Translations under genes and position numbers: made by a program
Part shown: piece after piece, positions 48,090 to 58,566 of the stretch
Layout: every line of letters begins with the position of its first letter
How positions within the stretch are numbered: the stretch's first letter is position 1
Assembly: GCA_002937585.1 (NCBI GenBank)
Contig: PTKE01000004.1
Location: 1-62,223, forward strand
Direction of reading: 5' to 3'
DNA length: 62,223 nt
DNA from: Alphaproteobacteria bacterium MarineAlpha9_Bin6
GTDB lineage: Bacteria > Pseudomonadota > Alphaproteobacteria > UBA7887
Notes under the pieces: generated by a model
Told to the model about the DNA's origin: nothing
What the model saw: only the letters and a program-made list of their open reading frames with translations
The model's database searches: none

Positions 48090-50582
48090 ATGGAACACCA
48101 CGTTTGGCACACCGTTTTTGGCTTGGCTGGTCTGCTTGCAGTAGCGGTCGTAATGGTCCCCGCAGCTAGGCGTTTCAATTTCCCATATACAGTTTTGTTA
48201 GCGGTTCTTGGTTGTGTGATCGGCGCAGCAGAGCTCTCATTTGGTGAACTGCACGGGCTGGGAATTTTTGGCGATTTTTTTGGTGCTCTAAGCGGCTTTA
48301 AAATCTCGTCTGAAGCCATCTTTTTTGTATTTCTACCTGCATTAATTTTCGAATCCGCTCTGTCGATCGATGTGCGGCGGTTATTCGATGACATCGGGTC
48401 TATTCTCCTACTCGCAGTCATCGGGTTGTTAATTTCGACCATTGTGGTCGGCTACTCACTCTGGGCAGTCTCCGGTTTTGCGCTGGTTGCTTGTCTACTC
48501 GTCGGCGCGATTGTGTCCGCGACCGATCCGGTGGCCGTTGTGGCCATCTTCAAGGATCTCGGCGCACCAAAGCGACTGGCCATTTTAGTCGAGGGAGAAA
48601 GCCTGCTAAACGATGCCACTGCCATCGTCATATTTAGCATTCTCGTCGTCATGTTGACCGGAGAGTCTGAACCTAGTTTGCTGGCCGGTGCTTGGGCATT
48701 CGTTAAGGTGTTTATTGGTGGCATTTTGGTTGGCTACGTATGTGCTCGGGCAGTTTGTTACGTGATAGCCCGACTGCGGAACCTACCGTTGGCTGAAACC
48801 ACCTTGACTATTAGTCTCGCGTACTTGTCTTTCATTATTGCGGAGCATTACTTGCATGTCTCGGGAGTAATGGCCGTAGTGACTGCAGCGTTGGTGGTTG
48901 GTTCGATCGGACGTACTGCCATTTCAGCAGAATCTTGGCACGGTTTAAGAGAAACCTGGGAGCAACTGGGTTTTTGGGCCAATTCATTGATCTTTGTTCT
49001 TGTAGGTATTGTAGTGCCACGACTTTTGATTCAAACAGGGACAAAAGAGGTAGTATTATTTTTTGTTCTCCTCGTCGCTGCATTCGCGGCACGTGCGGCA
49101 ATCATTTACGGTGTTCTGCCGCTTTTGAGATATACCGGTCTCGCGGAACGGGTTAACACGGGTTACAAAACGGTAATGTTTTGGGGTGGCCTGCGAGGAG
49201 CAGTATCGCTCGCTCTGGCTCTTGCCATTATTGAAAACCCGGCTATTCCGAGTGATGTGCAGAGTTTTGTGGGCGTTCTAGTAGCTGCCTTCGTACTGTT
49301 CACGTTGTTCGTGAATGCCACGACCATGGGTACAGTGCTCTCCATGTTCGGACTCGATAAGCTTTCTCCTGCAGAGGAAGCTATTCGGGATCGCGCGATG
49401 GGCTTGTCATTGACGCGGGTTGGAGAAGATGTTGAGGCAGTAGCGGCTGAATATCAGATCAATCCCAATATCTCCCAAAAATTTGTACGTGAATATGAGA
49501 CGCGAGTTAAAACGGTCGGCGAAAGGCTACAAAATCTTGAGGGTATAACTCAGGATGAGTGGATTCGCATTGGGCTCGCAGCGTTGGGAAATCAGGAACG
49601 GAAGTCTTACTTGGATTTCTACGCCAAAGGGTATGTTGGGCCAAACATAGCGCGCCTATTGCTTGATCGGATAGACGACATACTGGATGGACTGAAACAC
49701 GGAGGCGTAGATATGTACCGTCAGGCGGTCGATAAGTCTCTTGCTTTCGACTGGCGATTTCGTTTGGCGCTCTATTTCCATCGCCGCTTTGGTTTAACGG
49801 ATTTACTTTCAGAAAATTTTGTTAAACGGTTTGAGGTGCTGTCCGCCACAATTCCAACGCTTACTACCCAACTCAACAGCGGTCTTGCTAAGGTTGGTGA
49901 GGTTGTTGGTGATAACGTGCGATTGCAGTTGAAGGAGCTTCTTGAACAACGGTTAGCAATAACCACAAGAGCATTTGCGGCGCTGGAATTACAATACCCC
50001 CAATATTCACGCACACTAAAGGAATGTCATCTAGGACGACTTGCTGTTCGCTTGGAAGAGTCAAATTATCGCTCTATGTATGACGAGGCGGTAATTAGCT
50101 CAGAGGTTTTCAAAAACCTCGAGATAGAGTTAGAGGAACGCCTGAGGCTACTTGAGGCCCAGCCGCGCCTTGATCTTGGGCTTGATGCGCAGCAACTTGT
50201 TTCCCGTGTGCCGTTTTTCGAGAGTCTTGACGACGTTAGGATTGCGGAAATTGCTAAACTTTTAAGGCCGTCTCTGGTTGTGCCGGATGAGCAGATCCTA
50301 AAAAAGGGGGAAGTGGGCGAGTGCATGTATTTTATTGCCTCGGGTGTCGTCGAAGTCGGCCTTGAGCCAGAGCCAGTTAGTTTAGGAAGTGGTGAATTTT
50401 TTGGCGAAATGGCTTTGATCAACGAAGCCCCTCGGGTTGCAAACGTAACCGCTAAAGCTTTCTGTGATCTCCTAATTCTTGAGAACCGTGAATTTCATAC
50501 ATTGCTCGAAGCAAACCCGGAAATGCGCGCGACGATATATGAGATTGCGGGAAAACGACTCGGAGTGACGGAAAAAACATAA
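48090..50582 (+). CDS. CPA1 (NhaP-type) Na+/H+ or K+/H+ antiporter fused to a C-terminal cyclic-nucleotide-binding domain
   Basis: The ORF is 830 aa. The N-terminal ~420 aa are polytopic, with VSATDPVAV and ESLLNDATAIV (CPA1 signatures). A helical linker of about 250 aa follows. The C-terminus FFESLDD...GECMYFIASGVVEV...GEFFGEMALI...RVANVTA is a cNMP-binding fold. Confidence 0.85.
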   Translation: MEHHVWHTVFGLAGLLAVAVVMVPAARRFNFPYTVLLAVLGCVIGAAELSFGELHGLGIFGDFFGALSGFKISSEAIFFVFLPALIFESALSIDVRRLFDDIGSILLLAVIGLLISTIVVGYSLWAVSGFALVACLLVGAIVSATDPVAVVAIFKDLGAPKRLAILVEGESLLNDATAIVIFSILVVMLTGESEPSLLAGAWAFVKVFIGGILVGYVCARAVCYVIARLRNLPLAETTLTISLAYLSFIIAEHYLHVSGVMAVVTAALVVGSIGRTAISAESWHGLRETWEQLGFWANSLIFVLVGIVVPRLLIQTGTKEVVLFFVLLVAAFAARAAIIYGVLPLLRYTGLAERVNTGYKTVMFWGGLRGAVSLALALAIIENPAIPSDVQSFVGVLVAAFVLFTLFVNATTMGTVLSMFGLDKLSPAEEAIRDRAMGLSLTRVGEDVEAVAAEYQINPNISQKFVREYETRVKTVGERLQNLEGITQDEWIRIGLAALGNQERKSYLDFYAKGYVGPNIARLLLDRIDDILDGLKHGGVDMYRQAVDKSLAFDWRFRLALYFHRRFGLTDLLSENFVKRFEVLSATIPTLTTQLNSGLAKVGEVVGDNVRLQLKELLEQRLAITTRAFAALELQYPQYSRTLKECHLGRLAVRLEESNYRSMYDEAVISSEVFKNLEIELEERLRLLEAQPRLDLGLDAQQLVSRVPFFESLDDVRIAEIAKLLRPSLVVPDEQILKKGEVGECMYFIASGVVEVGLEPEPVSLGSGEFFGEMALINEAPRVANVTAKAFCDLLILENREFHTLLEANPEMRATIYEIAGKRLGVTEKT

Positions 50583-50685
50583 TCCAATCCGTTTATGATT
50601 GGGTAACCACAAATTTGATTGGCATACACGAGGGTTTTCTGGCCGATGAGTTGAGAGCTCGCAGTCAGATGTAAGGAGCCAGATA

Positions 50686-51483
50686 GTGCATTTTGATTTG
50701 ACAGGAAAACTTGCTCTTGTGACGGGTTCGACGCGGGGTATCGGACTAGCTGCTGCGAGGGGATTGGCGAGGATGGGGGCTGCAGTGGTAGTGAACGGGC
50801 GTGAGCAGTCAGCGGTTGATGGCGCGGTCTCCTCCATCGTAGATGACAACACCAGTGCTAAACTTCATGGCATAGCTGCAGATCTCTCCAATGCGGCTGG
50901 CTGCGCCGCTGTAATCGAAGCGTTTCCTGATGTCGATATCCTGGTTAACAATATGGGGGTTTATGAACCTAAACCGTTCTTTGACGTTTCGGACGAAGAT
51001 TGGGAATGGATGTTTGAGGCGAATGTTATGAGTGGGGTTCGTCTCACACGACACTATCTTCGGGATATGATCGAAAAAAAAGACTGGGGGAGAGTTGTTT
51101 TTGTATCAAGTGAATCGGGCGTGCTGATCCCTAAGGAAATGGTGCATTACGGATTTTCCAAGAGCGCGCAGTTATCGATTGCCCGAGGGGCAGCCGAGTA
51201 CACTAAAGGAACGAACATTACGGTGAATTCGGTTTTGCCTGGACCAACCTGGGTTGAGGCAACAGCGGAGCGATTATCGTCGCGAGCGGTCGCGCAGGGT
51301 ACGACGGTCGATGCACTCAAGACTAGCCTCTTCTCAGAGAGGCGAAGGTCATCGCTGCTTCAGCGATTTGCCACGCCGGAAGAGGTGGCGAATATGATTT
51401 GTTACATTTGTTCAGCTGCATCCAGTGCCACTAATGGTGCTGCCATGCGGGTGGAAGGTGGCATTGTTACTAACCCTTTTTAG
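50686..51483 (+). CDS. Short-chain dehydrogenase/reductase
   Basis: The ORF is 265 aa with a GTG start 7 nt after AAGGAG. It has TGSTRGIG, NNMG and YGFSK. Confidence 0.85.
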   Translation: MHFDLTGKLALVTGSTRGIGLAAARGLARMGAAVVVNGREQSAVDGAVSSIVDDNTSAKLHGIAADLSNAAGCAAVIEAFPDVDILVNNMGVYEPKPFFDVSDEDWEWMFEANVMSGVRLTRHYLRDMIEKKDWGRVVFVSSESGVLIPKEMVHYGFSKSAQLSIARGAAEYTKGTNITVNSVLPGPTWVEATAERLSSRAVAQGTTVDALKTSLFSERRRSSLLQRFATPEEVANMICYICSAASSATNGAAMRVEGGIVTNPF

Positions 51484-51616
51484 GCTCCTGCCGGGTTACC
51501 TTTTCGCATTTACAAAACATGGTTATATAGGTTCTTGATATTGGGTTCGTCGGGCCCAATTCTCGGGTTATGGCGTACTTGCTCTGCAGAGCGCCTCCCC
51601 TTTAAGGAGATGGGAA

Positions 51617-52804
51617 ATGACTAAAGACCCAATTGTTATCGTTGGTATGGCGCGAACGCCGATGGGAAGCTTTCAGGGATCTCTGTCATCGATGTCAGGA
51701 CCAAAATTAGGCTCTGTAGCGATAAAATCCGCCCTAGAGCGTGCTCAGGTTTTAAATGAAAATGTCTCCGAGGTCATAATGGGTTGCGTCTTGCCCGCCG
51801 GACAGGGACAGGCGCCTGCGCGTCAGGCGGCACTCGGAGCCGGGATACCTATGGATGTTGGGGCTACCACTATAAATAAAATGTGTGGCTCTGGCATGAA
51901 GGCAACAATGTTTGGCCATGATTTGATCGTTGCGGGCTCTGCAAATATCGCTGTGGTCGGTGGTCTAGAGAGCATGTCTAACGCTCCGTATTTGCTTCCT
52001 AAGGTACGCCAGGGTCTGCGCATGGGGCATGCGGAGGTTAAGGATCATATGTTTATTGATGGTCTTGAGGATGCATACGATAAGGGGCAATTGATGGGTG
52101 TATTTGCAGAAAATACGGCCGAGAAATACCAGTTTACCCGCGAATCTCAGGATGAATTTGCCATCCGTTCACTTAAGCGTGGCAAGAAGGCCAATGAAGA
52201 TGGGAGTTTCGATGCAGAAATGGCGCCCGTCACGATCAAAACGCGAAAGGAGGAGGTATTGGTTGATCGAGATGAACAACCATTTTCCGCTAATCTTGAA
52301 AAAATACCCACTCTTAAGCCCGCTTTCCGCAAGGATGGCACAGTGACTGCAGCTAATTCGAGTTCGATTTCAGATGGTGCAAGTGCTCTTGTGTTGATGC
52401 GTCGGTCTGAGGCAGAGAAGAGAGGCATTACGCCTCTGGCTACCATCGTCGCACATGCGACCCATAGCCAGGCACCGGAATGGTTTACCACGGCCCCAGT
52501 TGGCGCTATTTCGCGGCTTTTTGAAAGAACAGGCTGGTCCAAGGATGAAGTAGGCCTGTTTGAGATCAATGAGGCCTTCGCTGTAGTTACAATGGCAGCG
52601 ATGAGAGAGCATGGGCTTTCTGTTGAACAGGTCAATGTACACGGGGGCGCCTGCGCTATGGGGCATCCAGTCGGCTCCTCTGGTTCCCGGATAATTTGCA
52701 CATTGGTTGGTGCAATGCATAAGTACGATGTAAGCAAGGGTGTTGCCGCATTATGCATCGGTGGAGGTGAAGCCACGGCAGTCGCCATAGAACGCGTTAA
52801 CTAG
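51617..52804 (+). CDS. Acetyl-CoA acetyltransferase (thiolase II-like)
   Basis: The ORF is 395 aa with NKMCGSGMKA, GHPVGSSGSR and CIGGGEA. AAGGAG lies upstream. Confidence 0.9.
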   Translation: MTKDPIVIVGMARTPMGSFQGSLSSMSGPKLGSVAIKSALERAQVLNENVSEVIMGCVLPAGQGQAPARQAALGAGIPMDVGATTINKMCGSGMKATMFGHDLIVAGSANIAVVGGLESMSNAPYLLPKVRQGLRMGHAEVKDHMFIDGLEDAYDKGQLMGVFAENTAEKYQFTRESQDEFAIRSLKRGKKANEDGSFDAEMAPVTIKTRKEEVLVDRDEQPFSANLEKIPTLKPAFRKDGTVTAANSSSISDGASALVLMRRSEAEKRGITPLATIVAHATHSQAPEWFTTAPVGAISRLFERTGWSKDEVGLFEINEAFAVVTMAAMREHGLSVEQVNVHGGACAMGHPVGSSGSRIICTLVGAMHKYDVSKGVAALCIGGGEATAVAIERVN

Positions 52805-52921
52805 CTTAGGTATTATGCCAACTGAGCAGCTTTTATCTGGTCACCGCGCACTGGAGTCATGTTCTGCGCAACTTAGTAAATCGGCATTTCCCACAAGTGC
52901 CAAGCTGAGGAGTGTCAAGGT

Positions 52922-54058
52922 ATGCTACTAACCGATGACCAAACCATGATCCGCGAGGCGGCACGCACCTTTGCCCAGGCTGAGGTCGCACCGCTTGCTG
53001 CTGAATGGGATCAGACTGCTGAGTTTCCTACTGACATTGCGAGGCGGCTGGGAGAGCTTGGTTTTCTTGGAATGACCATTTCTGAAGAATGGGGCGGTGC
53101 CGGCGCTGATAATGTTTCACTGGCTCTGGTAATAGAAGAAATATCCGCTGCTGATGCCGCATGCGGCCTACTGGTCGGTCTACAAAACTCCGTAGTCTGC
53201 GCACCTATTAATCAGTTTGGTACGAATGAGCAAAAAGAACGTTATCTGCGGCCTGCTGCGCGAGGTGAAATACGTGGTTGTTTCTGCCTGACGGAACCAC
53301 AGGCCGGTTCCGACGCTTCAAACCTCCGCACTACGGCAGATTTACGAGGTAATCGGTATGTGATCAACGGTTCCAAACAATTCATTTCGTCTGGTGCCAG
53401 CGCGGATATTGCGCTTATTTTTGGTGTTACAGATTCGGATTCTGGGAAAAAGGGGATCAGCGCCTTTATCGCTCCCACAGACTCTCCTGGATATAAGGTG
53501 GTCGCCAAAGAGGATAAATTAGGCCAGCGTGCCTCCGATACATGCCAGCTTTCATTTGAGGATCTGGAGGTATTCCCGGATATGGTTCTTGGTGAGCTAG
53601 GTGAGGGGTATCGGATTGCACTCGCTAACTTGGAAGGTGGTCGCATTGGTATAGGTGCACAGGCACTTGGCATTGCGCGAGCGGCTTATGAAGCCGCCCT
53701 TTCCTACGCTAAAGAGCGCGAGAGCATGGGACAGGCTATCATTCAACATCAAGCGGTCGCTTTTCGACTCGCCGACATGGCGACTAAGATCGAAGTCGCC
53801 CGACAGATGATTTGGCACGCGGCCGCCTTAAAAGATTCGGGCCGGCCCGCTCTTAAGGAGGCCTGCATGGCCAAGCTGTTTGCCTCTGAGATGGCTGAGG
53901 AGGTATGTTCCGCGGCAATTCAAATTCATGGTGGGTATGGCTTTGTACGCGGTTATCCTGTGGAGAGACTTTGGCGTGACGTGCGGGTGTGCACGATTTA
54001 CGAGGGCACTAGCGATGTGCAGCGTTTGGTGATCAGTCGCGCAGTAGCATCCGAATAG
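52922..54058 (+). CDS. Acyl-CoA dehydrogenase (short/branched-chain type)
   Basis: The ORF is 378 aa with CLTEPQAGSDAS, a C-terminal YEGTSDVQ and catalytic Glu context. GAGGAG lies upstream. Confidence 0.88.
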   Translation: MLLTDDQTMIREAARTFAQAEVAPLAAEWDQTAEFPTDIARRLGELGFLGMTISEEWGGAGADNVSLALVIEEISAADAACGLLVGLQNSVVCAPINQFGTNEQKERYLRPAARGEIRGCFCLTEPQAGSDASNLRTTADLRGNRYVINGSKQFISSGASADIALIFGVTDSDSGKKGISAFIAPTDSPGYKVVAKEDKLGQRASDTCQLSFEDLEVFPDMVLGELGEGYRIALANLEGGRIGIGAQALGIARAAYEAALSYAKERESMGQAIIQHQAVAFRLADMATKIEVARQMIWHAAALKDSGRPALKEACMAKLFASEMAEEVCSAAIQIHGGYGFVRGYPVERLWRDVRVCTIYEGTSDVQRLVISRAVASE

Positions 54059-54282
54059 TGTGTCGGAAAGGTGTACCGATCGATTTCAGCTTCGAATTCG
54101 ATTTCTTTCTCTCCTAAAAGATTTCCTGCCACTATGACAGCGGAATCTCTGCGTGCCCCGCGATGTTTGAGGCTAGTCACTCTGTGTTTTATATGGCCAA
54201 GTTTTCGCTTGCCGCTAAGCGGCGCGATGAGGCAGGTTAGTCATGGACTCATAGATTTTTATTGGCAAATACGGTCTCCTTG

Positions 54283-55890
54283 ATGAGCGTTCTGCATTCA
54301 GATCTAGACACATCGTCTAGGGGTTTTAAGGAAAATGCGTCCCACATGCGGAAATTGGTTGAGGATCTCCGTGTGGAGGTCTTAAAGGTCGGCCAGGGCG
54401 GCGGCGATGCAGCTCGTTCCCGTCATCTTGAACGTGGCAAACTTCTTCCTCGTGATCGCGTGGATCGCCTGCTCGATCCGGGCGCACCATTCCTTGAGCT
54501 GTCGCAGCTCGCGGCGTATGGCATGTATGAGGGCGACGCACCGGGTGGCGGTCTCATAACTGGGGTTGGGCGGGTCAGTGGGCGCGAGTGCCTGGTTTTG
54601 GCCAATGATGCGACTGTCAAAGGCGGTACCTACTATCCGATCACGGTTAAGAAGCACCTGCGCGCCCAGGAGGTGGCACGTAAGAATCGTTTGCCATGTA
54701 TTTATCTAGTTGATTCCGGTGGTGCTAACTTGCCCAATCAGGACGAAGTATTTCCGGATCGCGAGCACTTCGGTCGCATTTTCTTTAATCAGGCGACGAT
54801 GTCAGCTGAAGGAATATCTCAGATAGCAGTTGTAATGGGAAGTTGCACTGCAGGCGGCGCCTATGTTCCAGCGATGTCTGACGAATGCGTAATTGTGCGC
54901 AATCAAGGCACAGTCTTCCTGGGCGGTCCACCTTTAGTGCGAGCTGCTACTGGCGAAGAAGTCAGTGCTGAAGACCTTGGTGGTGCCGACGTTCATGCTC
55001 GCATCTCCGGAGTGGTTGATCATTATGCTGCCGATGACTCCCATGCACTGGCGATTGCTCGGCGTATCGTTGCCAATCTTGTAGACAAGAAACGGGTTGA
55101 TCTTGATCTTACGCCACCCGTATTGCCAAGGTACGACTCTGTGGACCTTTATGGTCTCGTCCCATCGGATCTACGGCAACAATTTGAAGTTCGAGAGGTG
55201 ATTGCGCGGTTAGTTGATGGCAGCGAATTCGATGAATTCAAGCAGCTCTATGGCCGGACTTTAGTTACCGGCTTTGCCCGTTTAGCCGGTTACCCCATTG
55301 GAATTGTTGCTAACAACGGCATTCTGTTTTCCGAATCTGCTCTCAAGGGTGCTCACTTTATTGAGCTTTGTTGTCAGCGCCGGGTGCCGTTGGTTTTTCT
55401 TCAGAATATTACAGGCTTTATGGTCGGTAAAAAATATGAAGCTGCTGGAATTGCGAAGGATGGTGCCAAGCTGGTTACCGCGGTGGCCTGTGCCCAGGTT
55501 CCGAAGTTCACGGTAATTATTGGAGGGAGTTTCGGTGCTGGCAACTATGCCATGTGCGGACGCGCCTACGAGCCGAGATTTCTATGGATGTGGCCGAATG
55601 CCAGAGTGTCGGTCATGGGCGGGGAGCAGGCTGCGAACGTTCTTGCAACCGTTCGTGCAGACAACCTTGCGAAGCGTGGTGAAAGCTGGACCCCGGTGCA
55701 GGAGGAAGAATTTAAAGCTCCCATACTTCGCCAATATGAGGAACAGGGTAGTCCGTATTATGCGACAGCGCGCCTATGGGACGATGGCATAATAGATCCG
55801 GCGGCAACAAGAACCACCCTCGCTTTGGGGTTATCTGCATCCTTCAACGCACCGGTGCCGGACACTCGGTTTGGAGTTTTTCGAATGTGA
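54283..55890 (+). CDS. liuB: Methylcrotonoyl-CoA carboxylase beta subunit (carboxyltransferase)
   Basis: The track start is TTG 54262. ATG 54283 gives MSVLHSDLD..., which is collinear with Pseudomonas LiuB (MAILHTQIN...) as I recall it. Long near-identical blocks include [57 protein letters not shown] and the C-terminal FGVFRM. Confidence 0.92.
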   Translation: MSVLHSDLDTSSRGFKENASHMRKLVEDLRVEVLKVGQGGGDAARSRHLERGKLLPRDRVDRLLDPGAPFLELSQLAAYGMYEGDAPGGGLITGVGRVSGRECLVLANDATVKGGTYYPITVKKHLRAQEVARKNRLPCIYLVDSGGANLPNQDEVFPDREHFGRIFFNQATMSAEGISQIAVVMGSCTAGGAYVPAMSDECVIVRNQGTVFLGGPPLVRAATGEEVSAEDLGGADVHARISGVVDHYAADDSHALAIARRIVANLVDKKRVDLDLTPPVLPRYDSVDLYGLVPSDLRQQFEVREVIARLVDGSEFDEFKQLYGRTLVTGFARLAGYPIGIVANNGILFSESALKGAHFIELCCQRRVPLVFLQNITGFMVGKKYEAAGIAKDGAKLVTAVACAQVPKFTVIIGGSFGAGNYAMCGRAYEPRFLWMWPNARVSVMGGEQAANVLATVRADNLAKRGESWTPVQEEEFKAPILRQYEEQGSPYYATARLWDDGIIDPAATRTTLALGLSASFNAPVPDTRFGVFRM

Positions 55891-56098
55891 GTAATTTTGA
55901 GCCAATCTTAGGCATCGGCAACACTTATTTGGGGCCGTGCTTCGGAATTTAAAAAAGAATCCTCCTTGTGGATAGTTGGTGTCCGTCATTTTGACACGTT
56001 ACTTTGAGCATTAGTATTTCTTAAGGCTGTCGATGACACTCAAGTTCTTTAATTTCTACAGGCGTCTATATTTTTGGATTGAGGGAGATTGATGGCAG

Positions 56099-56566
56099 AT
56101 GGCAAGCCAACGAAAGAGTCCCAAGCCTAAAGTATTGGGACGCAAGATGGCGCTTCCGGAAAGTCCCGAGCAAGCCGTGCTCGACCGGATTGTGAATAAA
56201 AACAAAGGCCATCAATTCACAGTACGATTCACTTGCCCGGAGTTTACAGCATTGTGTCCAATTACTGGACAGCCTGATTTTGCGCATTTCGTTCTGGATT
56301 ATGTTCCGGGTGAGTGGCTGATAGAGAGCAAGTCACTTAAATTTTATTTTTCGTCGTTTCGTAACGTCGGTGTGTTCAATGAGGAATGCACGATTATGAT
56401 AGCGAGGCGCCTGGTCGAACTAATTGTACCACATTGGTTGCGCTTAAGCGGATTTTGGTATCCGCGTGGTGGCATGCCGATCGATGTCTGGTATCAGACG
56501 TCCTTGCCACCTGATGGCGTGCATGTGCCCGATCCTGGAGTATCTCCCTACAGAGGGCGTGGTTGA
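56099..56566 (+). CDS. queF: NADPH-dependent 7-cyano-7-deazaguanine (preQ0) reductase, unimodular type
   Basis: The ORF is 155 aa. It has [19 protein letters not shown] (catalytic Cys context as in B. subtilis YkvM CPKTGQPDF), the QueF motif [14 protein letters not shown] and [15 protein letters not shown] lies 10 nt upstream. Confidence 0.88.
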   Translation: MASQRKSPKPKVLGRKMALPESPEQAVLDRIVNKNKGHQFTVRFTCPEFTALCPITGQPDFAHFVLDYVPGEWLIESKSLKFYFSSFRNVGVFNEECTIMIARRLVELIVPHWLRLSGFWYPRGGMPIDVWYQTSLPPDGVHVPDPGVSPYRGRG

Positions 56567-58566
56567 TGTTTAAAACGGTGTTGATTGCCAACCGAGGTGA
56601 GATTGCATGTAGAATCATGGCAACAGCACGAAAGCTGGGTATTCGCACAATTGCAGTTTATTCTGATGCTGACGCCGATGCTCGCCATGTTCATCTCGCG
56701 GATGCTGCATACAGAGTAGGTGCGGCTCCCGCTGCCGAAAGTTATCTGCGAATAGAAGCATTGCTTGATGCCGCTGAACGATCAGGCGCCGACGTGATTC
56801 ATCCAGGCTACGGTTTCCTTTCAGAAGATTCTGAGTTTGCTCAGGCTTGTCTAGACGGTGGCTTTGCGTTCGTCGGTCCGTCCCCGGAGGCAATTCGTTT
56901 GATGGGCAACAAAGATGAGGCAAAGCGCTTAATGGTTGGTGCGGGGGTGCCCGTGGTGCCAGGGTGCGACGACCTAAATATAGACCTCAAGGTGATTTTA
57001 GCTGAGGCGCGCCAAATTGGTTATCCGGTGATGATTAAGGCGGTTGCAGGTGGTGGAGGTCGCGGTATGCGGATCGTCGGCAATGAACTGGAACTTCAGG
57101 ACGGACTAAATTCTGCCCGACGGGAAGCCATGGCGGCTTTCGGCGGTGACCGGCTGCTACTAGAAAAAGTTGTCTCTGATCCACGCCACATAGAGGTTCA
57201 GATTTTTGCGGATCAGTATAATAACGTGGTTCACATGTTCGAGCGGGATTGCTCGATTCAACGTCGCTATCAGAAAGTAGTTGAGGAGGCTCCAGGGCCA
57301 ACGGTCTCCACCGAACTTCGTCAAAATTTGACTGAAACCGCCCTCATAGCGGCAAGAGCAATCAATTATGTAGGTGCTGGCACGGTTGAGTTTGTCGTGG
57401 ATCGTCAGGATAATTTTTATTTTCTTGAGATGAACACACGAATTCAGGTGGAGCATCGGGTTACTGAAATGCTCATACGGCAGGATTTGGTGGAATGGCA
57501 ATTCCGTATCGCGGCGAATGAGCTCCTTCCAATGACTCAGGATCAGATATCAATTGACGGTCATGCAATCGAAGCTCGTCTTTATGCGGAAAACCCAGCT
57601 CGTAAATTTATGCCCTCCCCTGGAGTGGTGACTCATTTGCGGTTTCCAAAAAATAAGCCTGGACTGTGCGTGGACAGTGCTCTCACAGCAGGTGATGAGG
57701 TCACGCCGTATTACGATCCGCTGATCGCGAAAATCATCGTGTGGGGTATCGATCGAAACGCTGCATTAGATTCTCTGCAACGGGCTCTAAACGATGTGCA
57801 GGTATCCGGAGTCGATACCAATCTGAACTTACTTTCGCAAATTGTAAGGCATGAACAATTCATCGCTGGTGAACACGACACTAGTTTTATAGAGAGATAT
57901 GGGGAGCAGTTGATAACGTCACCAAAGCCGGCTTCGGAATTGGTGCTGGCATTGGCGGCATTGTATTTGCTTTTGGAGCGCGAGAGGGAGGCAGTAGCAG
58001 TGGCAAGCCATACCGATGACCCCTATTCGCCTTGGGCAATGAATGATAGCTGGCGTCTCAATCAACCGGCAAAAGACATGATTCAATTCGTTGAGGGCGA
58101 TTGTGTGGTGGATGTGGGGGTAATGGTAGATGAAGGACAATATACCCTTGATTTGTCGAACGGAGCTATTTTGGTGAACGGTAGACTCAGGGGTGAGCAC
58201 GACGTTGACGCAGTTTTGGGTGGAATGCAAATCCGGGGTACTGTTGTGCGCGTCGAGGATGAATTAAACGTATGGCTGCATGATGCAGCCCACCGGCTTC
58301 GTATACACAATGCATTGTCAGTAACCGACACACATCAAGCCCATGGTGGGGACTTAATCTCACCAATGCCAGGTCGGATTACACGGGTAACGGTCGAAGA
58401 GGGGGATGACGTGAGACGTGGTGCATCACTGATGGTGTTAGAGTCGATGAAAATGGAGCATCAAATAACTGCGCCTAGTCCCGGGCGGGTTGAGAGGTTG
58501 AATTTTTCGGTCGGTGATTGGGTTGACGAGGGTGCGGTGCTGCTAGATTTTGCAGCAGTTGAGTAA
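56566..58566 (+). CDS. liuD: Methylcrotonoyl-CoA carboxylase alpha subunit (biotin carboxylase + BCCP)
   Basis: The track start is TTG 56563. ATG 56566 shares its A with the queF TGA (TGATG). It has [17 protein letters not shown], an ATP-grasp domain (GYPVMIKAVAGGGGRGMR) and the C-terminal biotinylation motif LESMKMEH. Confidence 0.92.
   Translation: MFKTVLIANRGEIACRIMATARKLGIRTIAVYSDADADARHVHLADAAYRVGAAPAAESYLRIEALLDAAERSGADVIHPGYGFLSEDSEFAQACLDGGFAFVGPSPEAIRLMGNKDEAKRLMVGAGVPVVPGCDDLNIDLKVILAEARQIGYPVMIKAVAGGGGRGMRIVGNELELQDGLNSARREAMAAFGGDRLLLEKVVSDPRHIEVQIFADQYNNVVHMFERDCSIQRRYQKVVEEAPGPTVSTELRQNLTETALIAARAINYVGAGTVEFVVDRQDNFYFLEMNTRIQVEHRVTEMLIRQDLVEWQFRIAANELLPMTQDQISIDGHAIEARLYAENPARKFMPSPGVVTHLRFPKNKPGLCVDSALTAGDEVTPYYDPLIAKIIVWGIDRNAALDSLQRALNDVQVSGVDTNLNLLSQIVRHEQFIAGEHDTSFIERYGEQLITSPKPASELVLALAALYLLLEREREAVAVASHTDDPYSPWAMNDSWRLNQPAKDMIQFVEGDCVVDVGVMVDEGQYTLDLSNGAILVNGRLRGEHDVDAVLGGMQIRGTVVRVEDELNVWLHDAAHRLRIHNALSVTDTHQAHGGDLISPMPGRITRVTVEEGDDVRRGASLMVLESMKMEHQITAPSPGRVERLNFSVGDWVDEGAVLLDFAAVE

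Noticed and set aside
52147-52788. 213-aa antisense ORF inside the thiolase gene. Similar long shadow ORFs occur at 37942-38484, 4381-4851, 3868-4341, 2632-3072, 29640-30104, 12506-12907 and 53242-53673.
   Set aside because: Each fully overlaps a gene with strong family motifs on the other strand. Their translations are Ala/Arg/Ser/Pro-rich low-complexity sequence, typical of antisense frames of real genes. None has a plausible start context.
55891-56098. Search for a preQ1 riboswitch or terminator in the gap upstream of queF
   Set aside because: I found no match to the preQ1-I/II consensus sequences I remember. The only feature is a weak 3-bp GC stem followed by an A-rich tract, which is not enough to call.
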